NCBI GenBank assembly: GCA_964386385.1
Contig: CAYLRN010000009.1
Span: forward strand, 28,488-92,487
Length of the DNA: 64,000 nt
Direction: 5' to 3'
DNA from: an uncultured Lentisphaeraceae bacterium
GTDB lineage: Bacteria > Verrucomicrobiota > Kiritimatiellia > RFP12 > UBA1067
The position numbers and the translations under genes were made by a program. The notes under the pieces are model-generated. The model worked only from the letters and a program-made list of their open reading frames with translations, made no database searches and was not told the DNA's origin. This document shows positions 52,194 through 62,200 of this stretch, piece after piece. Each line of letters begins with the position of its first letter. Positions within the stretch are counted from its first letter, which is position 1.

Positions 52194-55100
52194 ATGGACA
52201 TCCTGAAGAAAATTTTTGGCACAAAGAACTCTCGCGACCTCAAGAGGATCCGCCCCATCGTGGCGGAGATCAACCGCATCGAGGCGGAGTATCAGGCGAA
52301 GAATTTCGCGGACGCCGACTTCCCTCGCATGACGGCGGAGTTCAAGGCCCGCGTCGCGGGCGGCGAAACGCTCGACCACATTCTGCCGGAGGCGTTCGCC
52401 CTCGTGAAGAACGCCTGTCGCCATCTCGTGGGCACGACGGAGGAGGTCTGCGGCCACGTCCTGACGTGGGACATGGTGCCGTTCGACTGCCAGCTCGTCG
52501 GCGGCATCGCCCTGCATCAGGGCAAGATCGCGGAAATGCAGACGGGCGAGGGCAAGACGCTCGTCGCCACGCTTCCGCTCTACCTGAACGCCCTGGAAGG
52601 GCGCAACGTGCAGCTTGTGACGGTGAACGACTACCTCGCCCGCCGCGACGCCACGTGGATGGGCCACCTCTACAAGTACCTCGGCCTCACCGTCGGATGC
52701 ATACAGAACTCCATGGACTCCGCCGAGCGGCGGGCGCAGTACCTCTGCGACATCACCTACGGCACGAACAGCGAGTTCGGCTTCGACTACCTCCGCGACA
52801 ACGGCATGGCCGTCCAGCCGGACCAGGTGGTGCAGAACGGCCACAACTTCGCGATCGTCGACGAAGTGGACTCCATTCTCATCGACGAGGCGCGCACCCC
52901 GCTCATCATCAGCGGACCCGCCACCGTCTCCACGTCCCACCAGTACATGGCGATGAAGCCGCTCGTGGACACGATCGTCCGCCACCAGGTGCAGCAGTGC
53001 AACGGCTTCATCGTGGAGGCCAAGAAGGCCCTTTCCGCCGGCGACAAGTGGGGATGCAAGAAACGCATCTACCAGGTCTACCACTCCACGCCGAAGCACA
53101 AGCAGCTTCTCCACATGTTCGAGGACGCCGACATCCGCAGGCTTCACGAGGAAGTGGAGATGGAGATGCTATCCGAAATGCACCGCGACGAGGCCCGCTC
53201 GCTCCGCGGCGAGATGTTCTTCACGATCGACGAGCGGACGCGCGAGGTGGCGCTCACGGACAAGGGCTGCGACAAGATGAACCCGCAGGACCCGTCCATG
53301 TTCGTCATTCCCGACCTGGCAGGCGAGATGAGCCAGCTCGACGGCGCCGCGGACCTATCCGACGAGGATAGGGCGAACCGCAAGCGGATGCTCCAGTCGG
53401 ACTTCATGGAACGTTCCGAGCGCGTCCACGTCGTCGACCAGCTTCTGCGCGCCTACTGCCTCTACGAGCGCGACGTCGACTATGTCGTGCAGGACAACCA
53501 CGTCTACATCGTCGACGAGTTCACCGGCCGCATCCTGCCGGGCCGCCGCTGGAGCGACGGCCTCCACCAGGCCGTCGAGGCGAAGGAGGGCGTCGAGATC
53601 GAGAAGGAGAGCCAGACGCTCGCCACCATCACGATCCAGAACTACTTCCGCCTCTACAAAAAGCTCGCCGGCATGACCGGCACGGCGGAGACCGAAGCGC
53701 GCGAGTTCAAGGACATCTACAAGCTCGACGTGCTGACCATCCCTACGAACCGCCCCATCCGCCGCATCGACGGCAACGACCAGATCTACCGCACCCAGCG
53801 CGAGAAGTACAAGGCCATCATCGCCGAAGTCCAGAAGCGCCATGCCGCCGGCCAGCCCGTCCTTCTCGGCACCGTCACGGTGGACACCTCGGAGGTCCTC
53901 TCCCGCCTTCTCCGCGCCGCGAAGATTCCCCACGAGGTGCTCAACGCCAAGAACCACGCGCGCGAGGCCGAAATCGTCATGCTCGCCGGCCAGCCCGGCG
54001 CCGTGACGATTGCAACGAACATGGCAGGCCGCGGCACCGACATCAAGCTCGGCCCGGGCGTCGTATCGCTCCCGCAGGACGTCGTCAAGGGCTCTCTCTC
54101 CCTCAAGGACCGTCTGCCCGATGGCAAGGACACGATCGAGCAGATTCTCAAGACCCATCCGCAGGGTCTGCACGTCATCGGCTCGGAACGCCACGAGTCG
54201 CGCCGCATCGACCGCCAGCTGCGCGGTCGTTGCTCGCGCCAGGGCGACCCCGGCTCGTCGCAGTTCTACATTTCGCTTGAAGACAACCTCATGCGCCTCT
54301 TCGGCTCGCAGAAGATAAGCGGCATCATGCAGCGCCTCGGCCTTGCCGAGGGCGAGGTCATGGAGCACCGCTGGCTCAACAAGAGCGTCGAGACCGCCCA
54401 GCGGCGCGTGGAGCAGCAGAACTACGCCATCCGCAAGCGCACTCTCGAGTTCGACGACGTGATGAACAAGCAGCGCGCGATCGTATACGACCTGCGCGGC
54501 GCAATCCTCTGCGGTACGCCCGAAAACGTCCACGGGACCGTCCTCGACGTCTTCGAGGACCTCGTGTCCATGCAGTGCGACCGCCTCCTCTCCGACCCCA
54601 AGGGCGAGGGGGTGAAGGCGTTCCAGGAATGGCTGATGTCGACTTTCCCCGTGACCGTGGACGCGGAGGCCCTCAAGCCCTTCCTCGGCGAGCCTGGCAA
54701 GGCCTGCGAACACGTTTTCGGACTCGTCAAGGCGGCCTACGAGGCCAAGTGCGCCAGCGAGGACCCGCGCGTCCTCCCGCACATGGAGCGCGGCGTGTTC
54801 CTGCAATGCATCGACCGCGAATGGCAGGAGTACCTGCGCGCGATGGACGACCTCCGCCGCAACGTGAACCTCCGTTCCTACGGACAGCGCGACCCGCTCA
54901 TCGAGTACAAGCGCGAGGCGTTCGACATGTTCGAGAACCTGATGAACGTCATCAAGACGAGCGTCGCGGGACTTGAATTCCGCGCCACGACGGAGCAGAA
55001 CATGCGCCGGATGATGGTCGCCCAGGTCGTCGCCGAGGCGAACAGGCTCGCCGCCGAGGCGGTTGAGAAGGGCGCGTCGCAGGAGCAGGCGCGGGAGATT

Positions 55101-55508
55101 TTCGAAAAGACGCTGGCGGACAACAACATCCGCCTGATGCAGAGGCCGCCGGCGGAAGCCGCCGCCGGCGGCGAGCCGCCGCCCGAGGCCGAGCCGGCCG
55201 TAGAACCCGCGCCCGCTTCGGAACCGGACGCAAGGTCCGTCCCGCCGCCGGTCGAAAAGCCGGCGGCCCCGCCCCCTCCTCCTCCGGCGCAGAAGCCGGA
55301 ACGGACGGGCGCGTCCGACGCAGAGCAGCCCAGGAGCGTCGAGGACGTCTTCGCCGGCATGATGAGCGAGGTCACGGGGCGCAGCGTCCGCGTCGTTCGC
55401 CGCCCAGGTGGGCAGCAACCCGCCCAGGGCGCGATCGGGCGGAACGACCCCTGCCCCTGCGGAAGCGGGAAAAAGTACAAAAAGTGCTGCGGCCGCGGTC
55501 AGATGTGA
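52194..55508 (+). CDS. secA: Preprotein translocase subunit SecA with a long Pro/Ala/Glu-rich C-terminal linker and a zinc-binding tail
   Basis: DEAD-like motor motifs. C-terminus DPCPCGSGKKYKKCCG. 1104 aa. Confidence 0.85.
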   Translation: MDILKKIFGTKNSRDLKRIRPIVAEINRIEAEYQAKNFADADFPRMTAEFKARVAGGETLDHILPEAFALVKNACRHLVGTTEEVCGHVLTWDMVPFDCQLVGGIALHQGKIAEMQTGEGKTLVATLPLYLNALEGRNVQLVTVNDYLARRDATWMGHLYKYLGLTVGCIQNSMDSAERRAQYLCDITYGTNSEFGFDYLRDNGMAVQPDQVVQNGHNFAIVDEVDSILIDEARTPLIISGPATVSTSHQYMAMKPLVDTIVRHQVQQCNGFIVEAKKALSAGDKWGCKKRIYQVYHSTPKHKQLLHMFEDADIRRLHEEVEMEMLSEMHRDEARSLRGEMFFTIDERTREVALTDKGCDKMNPQDPSMFVIPDLAGEMSQLDGAADLSDEDRANRKRMLQSDFMERSERVHVVDQLLRAYCLYERDVDYVVQDNHVYIVDEFTGRILPGRRWSDGLHQAVEAKEGVEIEKESQTLATITIQNYFRLYKKLAGMTGTAETEAREFKDIYKLDVLTIPTNRPIRRIDGNDQIYRTQREKYKAIIAEVQKRHAAGQPVLLGTVTVDTSEVLSRLLRAAKIPHEVLNAKNHAREAEIVMLAGQPGAVTIATNMAGRGTDIKLGPGVVSLPQDVVKGSLSLKDRLPDGKDTIEQILKTHPQGLHVIGSERHESRRIDRQLRGRCSRQGDPGSSQFYISLEDNLMRLFGSQKISGIMQRLGLAEGEVMEHRWLNKSVETAQRRVEQQNYAIRKRTLEFDDVMNKQRAIVYDLRGAILCGTPENVHGTVLDVFEDLVSMQCDRLLSDPKGEGVKAFQEWLMSTFPVTVDAEALKPFLGEPGKACEHVFGLVKAAYEAKCASEDPRVLPHMERGVFLQCIDREWQEYLRAMDDLRRNVNLRSYGQRDPLIEYKREAFDMFENLMNVIKTSVAGLEFRATTEQNMRRMMVAQVVAEANRLAAEAVEKGASQEQAREIFEKTLADNNIRLMQRPPAEAAAGGEPPPEAEPAVEPAPASEPDARSVPPPVEKPAAPPPPPPAQKPERTGASDAEQPRSVEDVFAGMMSEVTGRSVRVVRRPGGQQPAQGAIGRNDPCPCGSGKKYKKCCGRGQM

Positions 55509-55578
55509 CGGACGCCTCCGCCTAACAGGCAGTCGCGCCATATTGGCGGAACACTGAGACGTTGAACGCGAAAAGGAG

Positions 55579-56007
55579 TTGAACATGAACGGATTCAAGA
55601 AACTCGGCATCTGGCTCGTTGCGGTCTGCCTGTCGCTCACGGCCTGCGCGTGGGGCCCAGGCCCGCGCCACCACCATCACCACCACGGAGCGGGCGTCGC
55701 CATCGGCGCGGGCATCCTCGGCGCCGGGCTTCTCGCGGCCACGATCTACGACGCCACGCACCCCGCCCCGCCGCCGCCCCCGCCCGTCGTCGTCACCCCG
55801 GCACCGGTCGTCGTCCAGCCCGCCCCCGTCGTGCAGCAGGTCGTCACCCCGGCGCCCGTCGTGCAGACCGGCCATTACGAGACCCGCGTCCAGAACGTCT
55901 GGGTAGATGGCCGCTACGTTGACCAGACCACCCCGCAGGGCACGATTGTCCGCACATGGCAGCCCGGCCACTACGAGCAGCAGTCCACCCAGGTGTGGGT
56001 GCAGTAG
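55579..56007 (+). CDS. Small lipoprotein with a native His6 run and Pro-Ala-Val repeats
   Basis: Lipobox LSLTAC. HHHHHH. Repeats PAPVVVQPAPVVQQVVTPAPVVQ. A duplicated GHYE...VWV motif. SD AAGGAG upstream. Confidence 0.5.
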   Translation: MNMNGFKKLGIWLVAVCLSLTACAWGPGPRHHHHHHGAGVAIGAGILGAGLLAATIYDATHPAPPPPPPVVVTPAPVVVQPAPVVQQVVTPAPVVQTGHYETRVQNVWVDGRYVDQTTPQGTIVRTWQPGHYEQQSTQVWVQ

Positions 56008-56042
56008 CGTTTGAAAAAAACGTCACGTCAAGGAGAGGTGAA

Positions 56043-57206
56043 TTGGCAAGCGAATTTCTCGTATTCGACCACGTCACGAAGCGCTTCGGCGCCCTGACCG
56101 CGGTCAACGACGTCTCTATCTCCATAAAGAAGGGCGAGTTCTTCTCGCTTCTCGGTCCGTCGGGCTGCGGCAAGACCACTCTGCTGCGGATGCTTGGCGG
56201 GTTCGAGCGGCCGGATTCCGGCCGAATCTACCTTGACGGCAAGGACATAACGGACGCCCCGCCGAACGCGCGGCGCGTCCATACCGTCTTCCAGAACTAC
56301 GCATTGTTCCCCACGATGACGATCTGGGACAACATCGCCTTCTCCCTCCGCCTCGCGAAGAAGCCGAAGGAGGAGGTAGAGGAGGCCGTGGACGCGATCC
56401 TGGAGATGATCCAGATGAGCGACCACGCCTGGAAGTACCCCAACCAGCTTTCCGGCGGACAGAAGCAGCGCGTCGCCATCGCGCGCGCGCTGGTGGACCG
56501 TCCGCAGGTGCTCCTCCTCGATGAGCCCCTTGCGGCCCTGGACCTGAAGCTCCGCCAGCACATGCTCCTCGAGCTCGACACGATCCACGACCAGGTCGGC
56601 ATCACGTTCATGTACGTCACGCACGACCAGGGCGAGGCGATGTCGCTCTCCGACCGCATTGCCGTCATGAACCGCGGAAAAGTGGAGCAGCTGGACACCG
56701 CGGCGAAAATATACGAGGCCCCGGTCTCCAGCTTCGTCGCCGCTTTCATCGGCGACACGAACTTCTTCGCCGGCGAGATTGTCTCCACTGACGGCGACTA
56801 CTGCACGATCGACTGCCCCGGATTCGCGGCTATCCAGGCGTTCAACGACAAGAACCTCTCCGTCGGGCAGAAGGTCCACCTCTCCGTCCGCCCGGAGAAG
56901 ATCCGCGTAACGCTCAATCCGCCGCCGCCGGAGAAGGGCGCCGGCATTAACGTCTTCCAGAGCCAGGTCACCGACGTCATCTACCAGGGCGTCTACACGA
57001 AATACTGGCTGCGGAGCAATGGGCGCAGCGTGAGCGCCCTGAAGCCGCATTCGCGCTTCCTTCTGGACCAGGAGGCCATCACGTGGAACGACAAGGCCTA
57101 CATGTGGTGGCATCCTGACGACGGCTACATGATCGAGAACTTCAACGCGGCAGACGAGTCCCTTGTGCAGCCTCCCCCCGCCGCGAAAGGCCAGGTGGCG
57201 TCGTGA
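56043..57206 (+). CDS. potA: ABC importer ATP-binding protein, PotA-like (TTG start)
   Basis: GPSGCGKTT, LSGGQKQRVAIARAL, and a C-terminal TOBE-like domain. RBS AAGGAGAGG upstream. Confidence 0.6.
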   Translation: MASEFLVFDHVTKRFGALTAVNDVSISIKKGEFFSLLGPSGCGKTTLLRMLGGFERPDSGRIYLDGKDITDAPPNARRVHTVFQNYALFPTMTIWDNIAFSLRLAKKPKEEVEEAVDAILEMIQMSDHAWKYPNQLSGGQKQRVAIARALVDRPQVLLLDEPLAALDLKLRQHMLLELDTIHDQVGITFMYVTHDQGEAMSLSDRIAVMNRGKVEQLDTAAKIYEAPVSSFVAAFIGDTNFFAGEIVSTDGDYCTIDCPGFAAIQAFNDKNLSVGQKVHLSVRPEKIRVTLNPPPPEKGAGINVFQSQVTDVIYQGVYTKYWLRSNGRSVSALKPHSRFLLDQEAITWNDKAYMWWHPDDGYMIENFNAADESLVQPPPAAKGQVAS

Positions 57207-58201
57207 GGCGCGAAAAGTCCCCCGCGCGCGGCGCGGAATGGCTCGTCACCGCGCCGTCCCTCCTCTGGCTCGTCCTCTTCTTCGCCATTCCCACGCTCAT
57301 AGTCCTCTCCTTCACCTTCCACGGACACACGGCCAACGGCGGCGTGGCGGACGAGTGGTCGATGGAGACATGGCGCGCGCTCGTAGACCCCGACTATCCG
57401 GCGATTGTCTGGCGCACAATCAGGCTTTCGTTCGTCGTGACCGTCTGGTGCATTCTCCTCGCTCTTCCATGCGCCTACGCGATCGCGCGCATGAACAAGC
57501 GCGTCAGGGCAATCGTGGCCGGCTGCATAATGCTGCCGTTCTGGACGAGTTTCGTCGTGCGCGTCTTCGCGTGGAAGACGATGCTCCATCCGGACGGCTG
57601 GTTGCAGACATGCTTCACGGCGTTCCTCCGCTTCCGCGAATGGCTCTTCGACTGGCTGCCGGGGTTCATCCAGTCGGCGTTCGTGGGACTGGGGCTGGCG
57701 ACGAAGGGGCCTATCGACCCGGCGACGGCGACGATTCTCGATTCCGAGGCCGCCGTCGTCCTCGTCTCCGTCTACACCTTCCTGCCTTTCGCCATCATGC
57801 CGATATACACGGCCGCGGAGAAGTTCGACTTCTCGCTCATGGAGGCGGCGCGCGACCTGGGGGCGCGGAGCTTCTACGCATTCCGCAAGATCTTCATACC
57901 CGGCGTCAAGCAGGGCATCCTCTCGGCTATTCTCATGGTCTTCATCCCGGTCATCGGGTCGTATGTCATCCCGCAGATGCTTGGCGGCACGGACTGCGTC
58001 CTCATCGGCAACAAGATCTTCATGCGCGCGATCCAGAACCGCAACATTCCCCACGCCTCGGCGCTTGCGACGCTCATGGCGTTCTCCGTCCTGGTACCGC
58101 TTGGATGCGCGATGTGGTGGAAGCGCCGGCAGAGTCTGCGCGACCGCAGGCGGCTCGCGAACGAGACCGCCCGCCGCATGATGGAAGGGGGCGTGTCATG
58201 A
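57203..58201 (+). CDS. potB: ABC importer permease, PotB-like
   Basis: Six-TM permease with an EAA-type loop. GTG start overlapping the potA stop. Confidence 0.6.
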   Translation: MRREKSPARGAEWLVTAPSLLWLVLFFAIPTLIVLSFTFHGHTANGGVADEWSMETWRALVDPDYPAIVWRTIRLSFVVTVWCILLALPCAYAIARMNKRVRAIVAGCIMLPFWTSFVVRVFAWKTMLHPDGWLQTCFTAFLRFREWLFDWLPGFIQSAFVGLGLATKGPIDPATATILDSEAAVVLVSVYTFLPFAIMPIYTAAEKFDFSLMEAARDLGARSFYAFRKIFIPGVKQGILSAILMVFIPVIGSYVIPQMLGGTDCVLIGNKIFMRAIQNRNIPHASALATLMAFSVLVPLGCAMWWKRRQSLRDRRRLANETARRMMEGGVS

Positions 58202-59016
58202 AGCGCTCGTTCTTCTCCCGTCTCGTCCTCGCGCTTGTGCTCGTGTTCCTCTACGTGCCGATTCTCTTCGTCGTCGCCTACGGATTCGTGCCGAACGGCA
58301 TCACGATGCAGTTCACCGGCGCGGACGGGGAGTTCCTGGGCTTCACGACGAAGTGGTACGCGCAGATATTCACGGGCGCGGGGTCCGTGCGCAAGCTGCT
58401 GCAGAGTTTCTGGCTGTCCGTCGAGATCGCGGGGCTGGCGACGCTGGCGTCGTGCGTGCTTGGGACGACCGCCGCCCTCGCGCTCCACCGCTGGCGCGGC
58501 CGGCTGCAGAGCGTGCACCACGCGCTCGTCTACACGCCGCTCATCATGCCGGACATCCTGATCGGCATATCGCTTCTCATGCTCTTCGTCGCCTGCCGGA
58601 TCGAATGCGGGTTCTGGACGATTTTCATCGCGCACGTCACGTTCTGCGTGTCGTACGTCGCCATGACCGTCCTGGCGCGCCTTCAGGACTTCGACAACGC
58701 CATCCTCGAGGCCGCCTACGACCTCGGCGCCGGCCCGATCTACACGTTCTTCAAGGTCGAGCTGCCGATTCTCATGCCGGGCATCGTCGCGGGCGGTCTC
58801 CTCGCGTTCACGCTCTCCATCGACGATGTCGTCATCACCTCCTTCGTGAACGGAGCCGGGACGAACACTTTCCCGACGTACGTGAGCTCGATGGTGAAGC
58901 ACTCCAAGAACCTTCCCGCCGTCTTCGCGCTCTCCACCCTCATGCTGGTGGGCACGTGCGTTCTCGTCGTCGCGTCGAAGGGCCTTGCGAACCTGCGCCA
59001 GCGCAAGGTCGGCTGA
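58198..59016 (+). CDS. potC: ABC importer permease, PotC-like
   Basis: Permease with an ATGA overlap onto the potB stop. Confidence 0.6.
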   Translation: MKRSFFSRLVLALVLVFLYVPILFVVAYGFVPNGITMQFTGADGEFLGFTTKWYAQIFTGAGSVRKLLQSFWLSVEIAGLATLASCVLGTTAALALHRWRGRLQSVHHALVYTPLIMPDILIGISLLMLFVACRIECGFWTIFIAHVTFCVSYVAMTVLARLQDFDNAILEAAYDLGAGPIYTFFKVELPILMPGIVAGGLLAFTLSIDDVVITSFVNGAGTNTFPTYVSSMVKHSKNLPAVFALSTLMLVGTCVLVVASKGLANLRQRKVG

Positions 59017-59051
59017 AGCTCTGCCGGGCAAATGCGTGATCGATCTGGCAT

Positions 59052-59261
59052 ATGATCTGGTTTACTGCCGATACCCATTTCGGACACGCCAATGTGGTGA
59101 AAATGTGCAATCTGGCCGGACGTGGAATCCATGAACGAGGGGATGATCGCGGCGTGGACGCGAACGGCTATCGTGCCGTCGCCTTTGAGGAACTGCTGGA
59201 AAACAACCGGCGGTTCAAGAGCGAACATCCCTGCCGACCGTTCAGTCGATTGCGATCCTGA
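59052..59261 (+). pseudogene. N-terminal remnant of a metallophosphoesterase gene
   Basis: MIWFTADTHFGHANVVKMCN matches the conserved N-terminus of small calcineurin-like phosphoesterases (expected ~160 aa). The ORF is only 69 aa and runs into the convergent 1308-aa gene. Confidence 0.4.
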
Positions 59262-62200
59262 CGGGGCCGAGAACTCCCGATTTCTGGAGCGGATCGGAAA
59301 CGGAGGGCCCGGAATAGACCGTCGGCTTGATGCGCCACGGCTGCTTCGGGTTCGGCGTCGTGCGAGGTCTGTTCCAGTAGCGCACGACGGACTTCGTCAC
59401 GCGCTCGCCTTCCGGCAGTGCGCAGTCGCCCACGAGGCGGTTGTGCCAGTTGTTGACGTACCGGATTTCCAGCTCGTTGTCGCCAGCGCGGACGGCCCTC
59501 GTCACTTCCATCTCCCACGGCGCACACCAGGCAAGGCCGCAGTCGACGCCGTTGACGAACACGCGCGCAAGTCCGGTCGGGACGTCGCCTAGACGCAGGA
59601 ACGCCCGTTTCCCGCTGACTTCGCCCATCGTGAACGCCGTCCTGTACGTGGCAGTGCCGGCGAAATGGCGCAGGTCTTCACGCGATGTCCAGTCCACGAG
59701 CGTTTCAAGCGCCACGGTCTTCGGCGGCGCGGTCGTGATGGCGGGATGGTAGGCGAACGACACGTTCCACGGCCCTTTCACCTCTACTTCGGAGGCGGCC
59801 TTGAACTCGGGCGTCTTTGCGCCGCCGTTGGGCGTGAAGACGACGAAGCAGCTTCCGCCGACGGGAAGGTCGAGCGCGATGCGGGTCTTGCCGCCTGTCT
59901 CGCCGAGCGTCTGTGCGGCCTTGCGCGTGACGTTGACGGCGTCCCAGATTTCCACGGCGCGTCCGTTGGCGGCGGCGTTGAAGACGTGTTCGCCCACGCC
60001 CTCGCCGGCGACGAAGAAGACGTCAGCCGCGCCGATGCGGCGGTGGGTCGTCGTGAATTGCGCCTTTTCGTCCTTGCGGAAGCGTCCCCAGCCGCGGTAG
60101 TTCTCCGTCGGAGGCACGAACTCGCCGTCGTCCACCCACTCGCCCGCCTGGAGGAGCGACTGGCAGCGCCAGAGGTAGTGAATGAAGTCGGGGAGTTCGC
60201 GGTTCCACGTGACGTTGCGGTTGATGTGCGAGCCGGCGAAGTACTCAAGGCCGGGAGCTCCGAACCTCTTCGGCGAAGTGGAGTAGGTGTGCCAGACGAT
60301 GAGGTTGACGCCGTCGGCGAAAACGATGTCGCCCAGCGGCTTGAGGAACGCGGGGTCGACCGTCCAGTGGCGGTGCATGTGCGTGAACGCCTCCACGGAG
60401 GCGATGCGCTTGCCGGCGCGGTGCGCGGCCTCGACGATTCCGCGGAAGAACGGGCGCATGTTTGCGTTGGCGTGGCCGGTCGTGGGATGCGTGCCGTTCT
60501 CGCGCACGGGCCAGAACTCGCCCTGCGGGAAGTCGTTGCCGTCGAGGAACTCGAACTGGTCGCATTCGCCGAACGTGCGCGGGTCGCGCTTCTGCCCCCA
60601 CGGTCCGCCGGACTCGGAGTAGGCGATCATGCCGTGTTCGTGCGCCCATTCGCGCACGGCGACGTAGAGATGGCGTACCATCATGCGTCCGCGCGCGCGG
60701 CGCATGTCGCGCATGAAGGCGTCCGCGGATACGCCGTCGAGGCGGAATCCGGCGAGGACGGGCATCTTGGGACGGAAGGCGTAGCCGGCGTCCGCGGCGA
60801 AGTCGGCTTCGAACGTCGCGCTCCACGTGGGCATCGTCCCCTCCCAGCTGACGTTGTAGAGGCCGACGAAAGTCCTGTCCGCGCCGACGAGCTCGGGGAC
60901 GCGCTCGACGATTGGCCTGACGGCGCGGTCGAGGTGGCGGCGCACGGCCATGCGGTCGAGGACGTCGATGTCCTGTTCACGTCCCTTGACGGTGGCCCAG
61001 CCGAAGCGTAGGATCGTCCAGTTCGCGCCGAGCTTTGCGCCGTCGGCCGGCGAGGCGAGCTCGCGCACTTCAAGGGCGGCGGAGACGGCGAACTTCGCGG
61101 TGTCCTCCGCCTTGCCGACGTTGCCTTCCATGGACATGAATCCGTCGCCGGCGTTCTCCCATTTCGTGCGGACGGCCGGCTCCTTCGTTCGGATGGCGAA
61201 GACCGTGATGTCGCGGTAGTTCGGGAGGTCGGGCTTCTCGAAGGCGTCGCCGGGCAGGTAGCGGCGGCACTTGAGGAACTTGGGACCGTCCGGGCCGACG
61301 TCGACGTCGCCGCGGAGGTGTCCGCCGGACGCCGCCACGTTGAGCGACACCTTCACGTCGTTGCGCGCGCCTTCGCGGACGACGTGCGCGATGACGTCGA
61401 ACCACTCGTCGGATCCCCAGCGGATTGTCGCGGGCGGGTTGACGACATGGTCTTCGTCGTCCCAGTAGCCGCGCGAATCGGTGATCAGCGTCCCGCCGAA
61501 TCCGAGGCGCGCGATGTCCGCCATCTCCGCCGTGATGGTTTCGCGGTCGGTCTGCGTGTTCGTCCAGAAGTAGTACGTCCAGGGGCGCGCCTCGCGGGGC
61601 GGGTTCGCGAACGTCTCGAAGAGGTTGGCGGCGGTGATGGTCTCGGCGATCTGCGACGCCCGGTGGACTTCCGCAGACGCGCGGCGGAGGAGGTCTTCCG
61701 TCACGGGCGGTTTGGGATACGCCTTGGCGCCCTTGTAGTCGAACTCGCGCAGGACGGCTGCGAGCGCGTCGTCAATCTTGCCCTCGGCGCGGAGGCGGTG
61801 GATTTTCTCGGAGAGGTTGAGGCCGTTGCGGAGGGCGAGATAGCGGAGGGACGGGCCGTCGGGGTAGACGAGATACGTGCCGCCCGCGGACCAGCGACCG
61901 AACCACGGGCTGTACGTGGTGTCGCTGTTGGGATTGGCCGGCCAGGAGCAGTACGCCCAGCGGAGGAATCCGTCCAGGTCCGTCGCGCCAGGATAGGCGC
62001 CGAGCCATGTGCAGTCGATCGGCGGCTGCGCCGTGCCGGTGCAGGGGTTGCCGCCCGCGACGTACATGGTCGTCGTGCGTCCTTGGGCGCGGCGCGATTT
62101 TGCCTCCGCTATGTACCTGGGCGTCACGCACTGGAGGGCGATGGAGAAGTTGTCGATTTCGATGCCGTCGAACTGGCTTGGCGGACGGTCGCCGGCCATG

